NCBI RefSeq assembly: GCF_036321535.1
Contig: NC_087437.1
Coordinates: 7,874,001-7,938,000 of the forward strand
DNA length: 64,000 nucleotides
Direction: 5' to 3'
Origin: Camelus dromedarius
Taxonomy: Eukaryota
Both the position numbers and the translations under genes were made by a program. Positions 52,089-64,000 of this stretch are shown here, one piece after another. Under the pieces are notes generated by a model. The model ran no database searches, had not been told where the DNA came from, and saw only the letters and a program-made list of their open reading frames with translations. How positions within the stretch are numbered: position 1 is the first letter of the stretch; every line of letters starts with the position of its first letter.

Positions 52089-53800
52089 GTGAGAAATTAG
52101 AGATGCTGTTTTCTGTGGAGAATTTGAGCATCTGAGTCCAGGGTGGAGGAAGTGGGATTAGCTTCACACTTATGGCTGCAAATTCTGATACTGAGCATTA
52201 TTATTTGATTGTGGGTGTCGATGAATGGATTCATGCTACTCGGCTAACCGTTTTCATGTAAATAATAGCTGATCCTAATAAGTAGCTGATTTAACCAAAT
52301 AGGAAACCTTGGTCTATTGCTTACCAGTGGAAACTATTTTATTTAGTGATTGTGAGGTTAAAGTAGCCATCTCTTCTTATGATACCTACTACTTTTACCA
52401 TATATGGAAGCAAATCACTGTAGGAATATAAGGAGTTATCTTCTAGGAGAGACAAATAGAGAAGTAGCCTAATGTAATGGAACTAACAGGAAAAGGTGAA
52501 TCATAAAATCTGGGATCTAGGATAGTTTCTGTCACTAATTAGCTGTGTAACTGGGCTTTAATGTCTTCATCTGTACATTGAAGGAATTAATTGCATCATT
52601 TCCTAGATACTTTCCCGTACTTGAAATTGTTGGTATGTGAGGTATATCCAGCCTAGCATTCTGTCTTTACCATTACACTTGAGGTTATTTTTAAGAGGGT
52701 ATACTGCTTTCTATGACAGTAATTTTAGAACATTATGGATATTGCCAAACACTCTTAACCTTTCTATAATGATACTATCCGTACATTTATCTGAACTCTT
52801 TTTGAATATGAACGTTTTATGTTATCCAGTCTGAGCTGTTAAAACACGTTTTTCTGGAATGCAGAATCTTCCGTATGAAGCTGGTAAATATGGAAATGAC
52901 TCGGTATAATACTGAAATTGTGCAAGCTCATACATGAGTTTTCCCAGAAAGTTGATACTTTGGGCCACCAAGTAAGGGCAGCTAAATGCAAAGTATACGT
53001 CTATAATTGAATGCAGCAAGTTGTGAAGACATAACAGTACTGTATGTAATGCCCATTCACCTCCACATTCTTCCTTTTGGCTCTCGGCCCCAGTCTCTGC
53101 TTTGGAAGTGCTTATTTGCATAGTTCCCTCCCATTTTGGTGTGTTTTTTGCCAAACTTTTTGGTATTCCAGAAAACGAGTGAGTAAGGGGGTTTGCAAGT
53201 GTCACAGAGGCATGCTTGTGATAAAATTTCTGCTATTGAGCGTAAGAGAAGAAAAGATGTAACAAGTGAAGAAAGCTCAAAATAATAAAATATTTTGAAA
53301 GAAATGAAAGAACATGTTACACTGGTCGTGCAACTGGCATAAAAGAGTCAACTTTACAAACGATTAGAGACAATGCTGGGAAAATAAAAGAAAGTTATCT
53401 GGCTAGAATAACTGCCAGTGCTTCAAAGTGTGTTAGAACAAGGCATAAGGAAATGTAAGAAATGGAACATTTGTGACGTGTGTGGACTGAATACCAAACG
53501 AAGAAGCAATCAGGGGTAACTTTTCTCAAAATTAAAGAGAAGACCTTAACAATATATGAAAACCTTAAGAAGAAAGTGGAAAATCCTGCAGAAGTGCCTT
53601 CATTTAGTACAAGTAGTGACAGATTTAGTGGCTTCAAGAACCACTGCGATTTCTACAATGTTAGGCTCTCTGGTGAAGCAGTGAGTGCAGAAGAAGCTGC
53701 AAAGACATTTCTCCCTTGTTAAGAAATTTGATTGGATCAAGTTGTAATTTTGATGAAACCAATCTCTATTGGAAGCAAATGCCTTCAAGGGCCTATGTAT

Positions 53801-54215
53801 GTTTTTTTAATTTTATTTTTTATTGAAGTGTAGTTGATTTACAATGTTAGTTTCAGGTGTACAGCAAAGTAGTTCATCTATACATATACATATATGTATA
53901 CACACATATATTTTTAGATTCTTTTCCATTATAGTTTATTACGAGAAACTGAATATAGGCAAGAATATACCATGGAGAAAAGACGGTCTTTTCAATAAGT
54001 GGTGCTGGGAAAACTGGACAGCTACATGTAAAAGAATGAAATTAAAACATTATCTAACACCACATACAAAAATAAACTCAGAATGGATTAAAGACCTAAA
54101 TTTAAGACCAGATACTGTTAAAACTCTTAGAGGAAAATATAGGCAGAACACTTTTTGACATAAATTGCAGCAATATTTTTTGTGGATAAGTCTCCTAGAG
54201 TGATGGATATGAAAG
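53801..54215. mobile_element. 5'-inverted L1 inserted in the transposase
   Basis: Minus-strand 3' end (53801-~53957) fused to plus-strand ORF2 ([19 protein letters not shown]); degenerate TSD caagggcctatgtat / caagggcttatatct. Confidence 0.85.
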
Positions 54216-54607
54216 CAAGGGCTTATATCTTGAAGGAGGAAACCTAAGCACCAGTGTTTAAGGCTACAAAAGACCAACTGTGATGCTGGGTGCAAATGCC
54301 AATGGGGATTTAAAGTGAAAACCTATGTGATTTATTACTCTGCCAATCCACATGCTTTTAAAGGAATTGTAAAGACTAGCCTAGGTGTCTACTTTAAGTC
54401 TATCAAGAGAGGCTGGATGACAGGGCAGATACTTACTTTCCTTCTAGGTCATGTTTTTGTAGGTGATTTTTAAAAAATATTCCAAGGGAAACATTTTGTC
54501 TTCAAAAATTCTTAAAATTCTCAGTAATACACCAAGCCATCCTTCAGCAGTTGCTGAAGTTTCTTCAAATATTAAAGTTCTCTTTTTACCTCCTAATACA
54601 ACTACTT

Positions 54608-55182
54608 ACATGCACCCCAGTGTTCATAGCAGCACTGTTTACAATAGCGAAGACATGGGAATAACCTAAATGTCTATCAACAGATGACTGGTTAAAGAAG
54701 TTGTGGTAATATTTATACAGTGGAATACTACTCAGACATAAAAAATATGATGCCATTTGCAGCAACATGGATGGACCTGAAGATTGTCATTCTAAGTGAA
54801 ATAAACCAGAAAGAGAAAGAAACATACTGTATGATACCACTTATATGTGAAATCTAAAAAATAAAAAAAGACAAATGAACTTATTTACAAAACAGAAACA
54901 GACTCACAGGCATAGAAAACAAACATGGTTATGGAGGAAGGAGCGGGTGGGAAGGGATAAATTGGGAGTTCAAGATTTGCAGATACTAATATACATAAAA
55001 TAGATAAACAATAAATTCATACGGTGTAGGGAACTATATTCAGTATGTTGTAGTAGCCTATGGTGAAAAAGAATATGAAAACAAATATATATATGTTCAT
55101 GTATGACTGAAGCATTATGCTATACACCAGAAATTGACACAACGTTGTAAACTGACTATACTTCAATAAAAATATATATATA
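54608..55182 (+). mobile_element. 5'-truncated young L1 inserted in the transposase
   Basis: ORF2 end plus 3' UTR; TSD ctaat(a/g)caactactt at 54593-54607 / 55183-55197, splitting the PPNTT motif. Confidence 0.9.
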
Positions 55183-56339
55183 CTAATGCAACTACTTTAC
55201 TCCAGCTCCTTGATCAGGGTGTGAACACAGCCTTTAAAACTTACTATTTAAGGATAACATTAAAGATGTTTATTGCATCTATAGGAGGTGACACTGCACA
55301 CACAGTTTTTGAATTCTGAAATTGATTCAACATTAAACTTACAATTGATATTATTAGAGAGGCCTGGAATGTCACAAAAGCCTGCTGGCATAGGGTGTGG
55401 CATAAGATTCTCCCTGATTTAATTTATGATTCTAAAGGCTTTGAACCTTCAGAAGAGGTCCCCCAAATCAAAGCAGGTTGTGTTGCTCTTGCAAAGGAGA
55501 TTGGATTTGAAGAAGTTGAGAGTGAAGATTTTGAGGAGCTGCTGCAATGTCATGCAGAGGCTCTCTCTACACAAGAACCATCTTTGTATTTCTTGCACTA
55601 TCACTGCATTTCTTGGAAAGTGTGAAAATGCTTGTCCACTTGAACTTCTGATGATGATATACCTCTATCCTTGCCTTACTGTTTCCATACACCTCTTTCT
55701 AACAAGATACCATCACCTTTTTAAGGTAAAATCCTATACTTAATGTAGTATTTCTTCATTTAATGTCTTTTTGACTATACTTGTATTTTACTAGAATTGC
55801 TTTAATTTTATTAGTGCTCTCTTGACAAAGTTGTGTAGAATTTAAATAGTCTACCCTACAACTTTATTTTCTCTATAAATCCTGTGTTTTTTTGGTGCAG
55901 TTCTGCAGAAAGTGTGGCTTTTTTTTTAATGTATTATGTTACTGCATAGATGCCTGTACAGGCAGTCTCTTACCTCTATCCAGCACACTTTTTCTCTTTG
56001 TTTCAAATAAATAGTATTGATTTTTTTTTCCCTGTGAAATATGCCTGTTACTTTAAAATTTTCCTCTTCTAGCAGCTTTGTTGAAAAATGCAGCCATTAG
56101 TAGGGCTTGGTGTTTGGTCAGTCCTGGGTAATGTTCATGGTTATAAACTGATTATGTTTAATAGTTTTTCATGTGACTCAGGGTTATAGGTATCTCCTAG
56201 TCTTGTTGAATATAAAGTTTTTATAAATGTTTTACATGTTTGTTGTTTCTGTGTGATTTCTGAAGGAAGAGGAAAATGCCATTGTTGCAGGTGCTTTTAG
56301 CCGCTGACCCAATATCTATTATATACCCCTTCTTTCTTC

Positions 56340-56790
56340 CTTAAAAAAATATTGGTTTTTGTTTATGTTGGCTGTGTACCTAACTAAATACTTTTCAGCT
56401 TCCCTTGTAGTAGAGTTGGCCATGCAACGTAGTTCTGATTATGAAATAGGTATATTTTTCTGGGGGGCTCTGGAAAAGCTTTTATTTTACATATAAAATA
56501 GCACAGATGTGTTTAGTTATGCCTTTTTCCACTTCCTGTCTTGAACACAAATGTGGTATCTGGAGCTCTGGCAGCCGTCTTGTGACCATCCTGTAACCAT
56601 AACACGATGATAAGCATAATGATTAATACCAATATGTTATGAATAGCAAAACAGAAATATAAAGACAGCTAGGGTCCCTGGCAAAGTTGTTAGATATGTG
56701 AGTCAATGCCAGCAACTGCCCTACTCTGAATTTCTTATCATATGACAAATATGAACCCCTATTTATTTAAAACACTATAAGTTAGGTGCT
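56340..56790. mobile_element. Old MaLR LTR (MLT1J/K-like)
   Basis: cagcttcccttgtag..gttggccatg, tctggagctctggcagccgtcttgtgacca, atttatttaaaacacta. Confidence 0.6.
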
Positions 56791-58619
56791 CTAATTAATT
56801 GGGAAATACATGCATTTGTGATGAATATAGCCATATCTGCTCCACTATTTTATGACCAAAATTTCTTACTAGAAATGAAAAAAAATCAAATCTAGGAATC
56901 ATACAACAAACGACAAATGACTGTCATAACCAGTTTGAAGTAATTTCAGCTTTGTGATTTTTTTTGCCATCCAAAGTCACCCTTTATTTAAACTTCTGTT
57001 GTAGAGGTAGAGTGGGAATTCCTTCCTATTCCTTCCAAGACCAGGCCCACCTACCTAGTCCCTCTGATGCAAATGTAGATGATTAAGAGGCTAGATATGT
57101 GTGGGTGTGTGCATGTGTGCACGCATGCCTGTGCCATAGAGGAGGAGGAGTCAGTGGGAAATGCATCACAGTGAGCCATATCTATATTTTATTTCGTATC
57201 TTAGTTGCTCTAAGAGCTGGTTGTGCTTATATTAACTTTACTGAATTGATAAGATTGTTTAATTATAAACAGATTACCCTGTCTCCCAGATGACTTTTAT
57301 GCCTTTCACTCTAGGATCTTGTTTCCCCTAAGTTACGGAGAGACTTGGGCAAATGAAATGCATGCTATTATGTTATACAAAGCAATTTACATAAGATATC
57401 TTATTCTTAAGATTAGAGAAGGGAAGAACTTACCAAAGGGAACTTGCTCAGCTACTGTATGAATTTTGTTTTAAAAGAAAATTTGTTTCTTATATACTTT
57501 GCACTGTCTAAGAAGAGGCAGTAAATTTATAATATTGTCCAGCTTGGGGGAAAGGACATGACACATAAATTCCATAAATCACACCATGATGTTATAATAC
57601 ACCGTGTCTTTTGTTTCCTCATATATCACTGAATATTTCTTTTTAGAATACTTTGGTTTATGTGCAATTTGGATTCAGTATCCATGGACATTTCCAGCCA
57701 TCCAGCAGATTAAGTGCTACCACTGACACTTTTGCTATTAACTTTATTTGAGCATCTTGTTCTACTTGGTGAATATGAATTATTAGAGTTTATAGTTCTG
57801 ACAGTATTTGTTCTCCACAAATCCACTGGTCTGCAAAATTGGGGGAAAGAAAAAGATCAATGTTGTTGTCATACAATCTAAAATAGTCACAATTTAATGT
57901 TAAGTGGATCAGGAAAGTTTTCTCCACAAAATAATTTCCATGGATATTGCCAGTGAATACAAAATTATATGTAATCTACTGTACATTTTAAGTGTAACAT
58001 TTTCACTAGCTGACACCTGAACACTGGCATGACCTGTTTTATTTTCTTTTTAAAGAGAAAAAAAATCATAACAGCATTTAGCATAGGAAATGATAGGATG
58101 TCACTAATAACACAAGTTAATTCCTATATTAACTTTACTAATGCAGCAAAAATTAGATAATTATGTGTTTTATTGTCAATTATAGGGTAATCTTTGATTA
58201 TTTAACCTATTATTTCTTTTCAAAGTATACAAATAGGGAATTAACCAATCAACTTAAATAAATCAGGACATGAAGATCAACAGTGTTCTATAGTAATTTG
58301 GCTTGTGTCACAACTTTATTCAGGATTTTCGTAATTTAGATTGATCAGTAAATAACATCTCTGAGGCAGTACTAAGAATTTATATGCATTGTAATTGACT
58401 TCTGTACTCATTTCATGGCAACTTCTTTTTTATAGTATTATTATAGATAAAAAGCTTTCTTAAAAAATGTGTGGCTTGTTTCAATTTGCCATAATAATTG
58501 TTTTCTACTGCTTAGTTTGTCACTGCTTGGCATTGATAGTAACACTAGCTCAGACATCAACGAAAGCATCACTTTTCTAAAATCTTACAGACTTATTTTT
58601 CCCCTAATCTAAATTCAGA

Positions 58620-59420
58620 CACAAAATCAATAAGAAAAACTCAGATACACGAATAGAAAAATTAACAAAAGACTTGAACATGCACTTCACAAAAAAAGAC
58701 AACCAATGAGGCAATAAAATCAAAACAGTTACTCAATCTTAGTGATCAGAAAATGCAAATTAAAACAACATATGGTAAGCACTTTATTCCAACCAGAGTG
58801 GATTAAATTAAAAGTGCTGACATGACCAATTTGAGTGAGGATGTTGAACTAATAGAATGCTTACGTACTGCTGGTAGGAATAAGTTGTTATTGCCACTTT
58901 GGAAATACCTACCATGTATAATCATATTCCATGATCCAGCAAACCTACTACAAGATGTATATCTAACATAAACACATTCAAAGACATGAAAAATAATATT
59001 CATAGCATTATTATAATTGCCAAGAACTCTGTACAACTCAAATGCCCATTAAAAGTGTAGTGAATGAATATATCATGGTATATTTGTACAGTTGAAAATG
59101 AATGAACAACTGCTACATTCAACAATGTGAATGAATTTTACAAACATAATGTTGAGCAAAAGAAGGCAAAAATAAATACATATTGTATGATTCTGTTTAT
59201 ATAAAGGTCAAAAGCAAAATGAATCTGTGGTGATAGATGTCAGAGTAATAGTTACTTTGGGAGAAGAGGGTAGGGCACAAGTAGCTTTCTGATATGCTGA
59301 TAATGTTCTGATTTTTGACCTGGGTAGTTAAATCATCGAGCTCTACACTTATGAGTTATGTGTTTTTTCCCTAAGTTTATAATACTTCAATAAAAATTGT
59401 ATTAAGAAACAGAAAAAAAA
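58620..59420 (+). mobile_element. Old L1 (L1MC/ME-type) 3' portion
   Basis: caaaagacttgaaca..cacttcacaaaa, aaatgcaaattaaaac, ends tacttcaataaaaa + A tail. Confidence 0.8.
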
Positions 59421-59845
59421 AAGAGGCTGTATTTTCCCCACTTGCCACCTTTGTCATAGACTAATTGACTGTATGCGTGTGGGTTTATTTCTGGGCTCTA
59501 TATTCTGTTCTGTTTATCTTTGTGTCTGTTTTTTCATTGGTACCATACTATTTCGATTACTGTAGCTTAGTAGTATTGTTAGAATCAGGGAGTGTAATAC
59601 CTCCAGCTTTGTTATTCTTTAAGATTGTTTTTGACTATTTAAGGTTTTTTGTGTTTCCATATAAATTTTAAAATTATTTGTTCTAGTAATGTGAGAAATG
59701 ATATTGGCATTTCGATGAGGATTGCACTAAATCTGTAGATTGCCTTGGAGACTGTAATTATTTTAACAATATTAAATCTTTTAATACATGAGCATCATAT
59801 ATCTTTCCATTAGTTTGTGTCTTTTTCAATTTCTTGCATCAGTGC

Positions 59846-60228
59846 TTTTTTTTTTCTTTCCTTTTTTTTTAGGCAGGCCTTTCACATTATCTTTTTTTTT
59901 TTTAATTGAAGTATAGTCAGTTTACAGTGTGTCCATTTCTGGTGTACAGCACATTGCTTCAGCCATACATGAATATACATATATTCATTTTCATATTCTT
60001 TTTCACCATGAGCTACTACAAGATATCAAATACAGTTCCCTGTGCTATACAGTATAAACTTATTTATTAGTTTTATATATACCAGTCAGTATCTGCAAAT
60101 CTCAAACTCCCAATTTATCCCTTCCCACCCCCTCCCCCCATGGTAATCATAAGTTTGTTTTCTATGTCTGTGAGTCTGTTTCTGTTTTATATATGTTCAT
60201 TTGTCTTTTTTTTTTTTTTTTTTTTTTT
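59846..60228 (-). mobile_element. Young L1 3' end nested in the older L1
   Basis: Same 3' UTR family, poly-T at both ends, gtgctt on both flanks. Confidence 0.82.
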
Positions 60229-60903
60229 GGTGCTTAGTTTTCTAAGTAGTTTTTTACCACCTTGGTTGGATTTTTTCCTAGGTATTTTATTCCTTTTGAT
60301 GTAGTTGTAAATGGGATTATTTTCTTAGCTTCTCTTTCTGATCTTTTGCTATTAGTATATACAGTGCAGCAAATTTCTATATAATAATTTTGTATCCTGC
60401 AACTTTACTGAATTCACTTATTAGTTCTAAAAGTTTTGGGGTGGCATCTTTAGGATTTTCTATAAATAGTATGTTATCTACAAACTGTGACAGTTTTACT
60501 TCTTCTTTTTCAATTGGGATTCTTTTTATTTCTTTTTATTTCCTAATTTCTGTGCCTAGGACTTCCAATACTGTATTAAATAAAAGTGGTGAGAGTGTCT
60601 TGTTCCTGATCTTAGAGAAATGCTTTCAGCTTTTCATTGAGTATGATGTTAACTGTGAGCTTGTCATATATGGCCTTTATTATATTGAGGTATGTTCTTT
60701 GTATACCCAATTTATTGAGAGTTTTTGTGATAAGTGGATGTTGACTTCAGTCAGAAGCTTTTTCTAGCTCTATTGAGATGATTGTGTGATTATTTTTCTT
60801 CAATTTGTTAATGTGGTAATGTGATGTTGTTTACTTTGTGGATATTGAGCCATCCTTGCATCACTGGGGTAAGTCTCACTTGATCGTGGTGTATGATCCT
60901 TTT

Positions 60904-61115
60904 TTTTTTTTTTCTGACTTTCTTTTTTTTAAATTGAGTTACAGTCAATTTACAGTGTTGTGTCCATTTCTGGTGCACAGCACAATTTTTCAGTCATACA
61001 TGAATATACATATATTCATTTTTATATTCTTTTTCACCTTGAGCTACTGCAAGATATTGGATATATTTCCCTGTGCTATTAAGTATAAAGTTGTTTATCT
61101 ATTTTATGTATACCA
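60904..61115 (-). mobile_element. Young L1 3' end nested in the older L1
   Basis: Perfect 15-bp TSD gtgtatgatcctttt (60889-60903 / 61116-61130). Confidence 0.9.
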
Positions 61116-64000
61116 GTGTATGATCCTTTTAATGTATGGTTAAATTCAGTTTGGTAATATTTTGTTGAGGATTTTTGCATCCATGTTCATAAGTGATGTT
61201 GGCCTGTAGTTTTCTTTTTTTGTGGTGGTGTTCTCTTGGTCTCAGAGTCAGGGTAATGCTGGCCTCAGAATGAGTTTAGAAGCATTTCTTCCTTTTTAAT
61301 TTTTCTGGAATAGTTTGAGAAGTGTAGCTGTTAACTTCTCTAAATGTTTGGTAGAATTCAACTGTAAAGCCATGTGGTCCTGGACTTTTGTTTGTTGGGA
61401 GATTTTGATTGCTGATTCTACTCTTATTACCTGTAATTGTTCTGTTTGTATTTTCTGTTTCTTCCTGGTTCAATCTTGAGAGATTGTACATTTTTAGGAA
61501 TTTGTCTGTTTCTTCTAGGTTGTCCTTAAAATTAGGTTCTTCTAGGTTGTCAATAAAATTACATTTTATTGGAATGTAATTATTCATTAATAATCTCTAT
61601 GATCTTTTGTATTTCTGTAATGTTCATTGTAACTTCTTCTCTTTAATTTTTTTTAAATTTATTTGGGCCCCCTCTCTCTTTTTCTTGATTAGTCTGGCTA
61701 AAGTTTTATCAATTTTTTTTGTCTTTTCAAAGAACCAAGAATTAGTTTCACTTATGTTTTCTACTTTTTTGTAATCTCTATTTCATATATTTTCACTAAG
61801 ATCTTTATTATTTCTTCTACTAACTTTGTTTTTGTTTTTCTGATTCCGTACTGTTTTCCATATCCTCATTTTTTTAAATTCTTTTTTTTCTGCTTAGCTT
61901 GAGTGATTTACACTACTCTGTCTTCCAGTTCACTGACCCATTCTTCTGTATTATCTACTTTTGATATCTCCAAGTGTATTTTTATTTCAATCATTTAGCT
62001 TTGTTTTGTTGTTCTTTGCATTTCCTCACTCTTTGTTGAATTTCTTGCTATGTTCATCCATTCTTTTCCCAAGTTCATTGAGCTCTTTTGTGACTATTAC
62101 CTTGAACTCTTTATTGTGTAAATTATTTTATCTTCACCTCTCCTGGGGATTTTGTGTTGTTTCTCTGTTTATGAAAGATTTCTGTCTCCTCATTTTTGCC
62201 CTATTCTCTGTTGATTTCTATGTATTAGGTAGATCAGTTATATTTTCCAATCTTGAAGAATTGGCCTTCTGTGGCAGATATCCTGCTGGGGCCCAGCAGC
62301 CCACTCACCTTTTTAGGTCTTCAGAGCTGTATGCTCTAGGGTACTTCCTGTGTGGGTGGTATGGGCCTTTCAGTTGTGTCAGGGCCAGCTACTGTGGGTG
62401 TGCTGGTTCACAGGGTTTGCCACTAGCCCATTTGGCTGCCAGGGCCTGCCTTGTGTGGAGGCTACTGGCTGCTGGTTGGTGGGGCTGGGTGGTCCTGGAC
62501 TGATGCCAGGCCACTTGTGGGCAGGGTCAGGTCATGGCATGGCTGATTGAGGGAGGACAAAACAAAATGGCACTTCCCAGCACCAGTGTCCTTGTGGTAG
62601 AAAAAACTCCTCCAAATGGCTGCCACCAGCATCTGCTTCCCTAGGGGCAGTCCCTGTTGCCTCCTGCTTTTCCCGGAGGCCCCCTGAGATCAACAAGTGG
62701 GTCTGACTCAGGCTCCTTTCAGATGACTACTTCACCCAGGGACTTGGAGTATGTGAGATTTTGCATGCACTTTTTAAGAGTAGAGTCTCTGTTTTCTATA
62801 GCCCTCTAGCTTTCTTGTACACAATCTCTACTGGCCTTCAAAACAAGATATTCTGAGACTCATCTTCCAGTGCAGGACTGCCCCCCCCCGCCCACCGCGC
62901 TGGGAAACTTGATGTGGAGCTTGAACCTGCTGCTTCTTGAGGGGAACCTCTGCAGTTGTGATTATCTTCCTGTTTATAAATCACCTACCCTGGGGTGTAG
63001 GTCTTGACTATATCATATCTCCACCCCTCCACCTGTCTCACCGTGGTTCGTTGTTTATGTCTTTAGTTGTAGAAAATTCTTCTGGTGGTCTTCAGGTTAT
63101 TCTCATTGATAGTTGCTCTGTAAGTAGTTATAATTTTGGTGTGCCTATCGGAGGAGGTGAGCTAAGGGTCTTCCTACTTTGCCATCTTGGCCACACCCTC
63201 CTCAACTGTATTTCCTGTTTTGAATTGGCAGCCTATATCTCTTGCCTGCTTATCTTTTATAGTCTCAATATTTTTCTCATAAACTTTGTTTGCATCATTA
63301 ATATTTTATAGATATTAAATTGTGTCATATCTGATGTAAATATTTTGTGGTACATTTTATTTCTTTACTATTTTTTCCTCATAAGAATACTTTAAACTTT
63401 TATATATTAACATATTTCTATTTTTTTATTGTTATTTAGAAGTTGAAAAAGTTATTATTTCTCCATAGATATGATAAATAAATGATTCTGTTTTCTGCAT
63501 CTTCTTCTCTAATTTGAAGTTTTATATTTAACTGTCTAATTTGATGTTTCTGGACAGTTCATTTTTCTTCAGCACACAAGCAGAAACAGATAAGTTAAAA
63601 TTCTTACTCTCAATCTAGCTGTTAAAGTATTCCTTTTTCTTTCTCTCAGCAAAGAATGCAGCATGATTCTGCAAAAGACATATATTCACTCCACACCTCA
63701 CCATTCACTCCCCAGCCTCCCACCCCCATGACAATCAGTGCCTTTATTCAAATTGAGTATATTTTGGTGATTAGTATAATTTTAAAAATATGCAATTAAC
63801 TAGTTGTTTCCAGTATTTGAATGATTTCTCATTCCTTTTTTCTGTCCTTCAGTGCGAATTGCATTCATTGACAGGAAAGATGACAGTGGGCATCATTGTT
63901 ATATTTTTCTTGAATTTAAAGGAAATGTCTCTACTTCATCCAAATACAGTGGTGGCTTTGTGTTTACAAAAGTTAATCGTTCTTCTGGATTCTTAAAAAT

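Larger units (their letters stand above)
53212..55956 (+). mobile_element. Decayed pogo/Tigger DNA transposon with near full-length transposase
   Basis: N-terminal HTH (RKRRKDVTSEE/LKIIKYFE...ESTLQTIRD), CENP-B-type HTH (VWTEYQ...IKEKTLTIYENL), FDETNLYWKQMPSRAY at ~53749, VMLGANANGD, KRGWMT, LFLPPNTT..LQLLDQGV..FKTYY. Right end tgcctg-TA at 55951-55958; left TIR not found. Many stops and frameshifts. Confidence 0.9.
59422..63202 (-). mobile_element. Internally deleted L1 retaining its 5' UTR
   Basis: Reverse ORF2 pieces (NKSPGPHGFTVEFYQTF), ORF1 remnant at ~61850-62150, GC-richer 5' UTR ending in gccatcttgg (YY1 motif CAAGATGGC on the minus strand) at 63181-63190. Confidence 0.88.

Noticed and set aside
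61961..62503. 180-aa hydrophobic ORF
   Set aside because: Antisense translation of an L1 ORF1/5' UTR remnant.
59425..63215. ctgtattt(t)cc as a TSD around the large L1
   Set aside because: The left copy matches internal L1 ORF2 sequence, so the match is coincidental.

Overview
Mammalian genomic DNA, very probably camelid, judged from five tRNA-Ala-derived vic-1-type SINEs and matching young L1 3' ends. It is repeat-rich, and nearly all of the ORF track is noise. The left half holds the last three coding exons of the potassium channel gene KCNH8 (Kv12.1/ELK1, + strand; 1499-1605, 4031-4107, 29471-30157, splice phases checked) and its 3' UTR. A repeat-dense intergenic stretch follows (solo ERV LTRs, MaLR, MER5, L1). 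At ~51.0-51.5 kb is a CpG-island promoter (NRF1-like and ETS motifs, GT donor) in front of a disrupted SCAN-domain exon most like SCAND3/ZBED9. About 1.1 kb further on, in the same orientation, lies a near full-length decayed pogo/Tigger transposase interrupted by two L1 insertions. The most interesting hypothesis is a fossil SCAN-transposase fusion locus in a non-syntenic position; it is frame-compatible but unproven. No prokaryotic systems, CRISPR, rRNA or bona fide tRNA genes were found. Repeat family names come from recalled consensus similarity, and many repeat boundaries are approximate.
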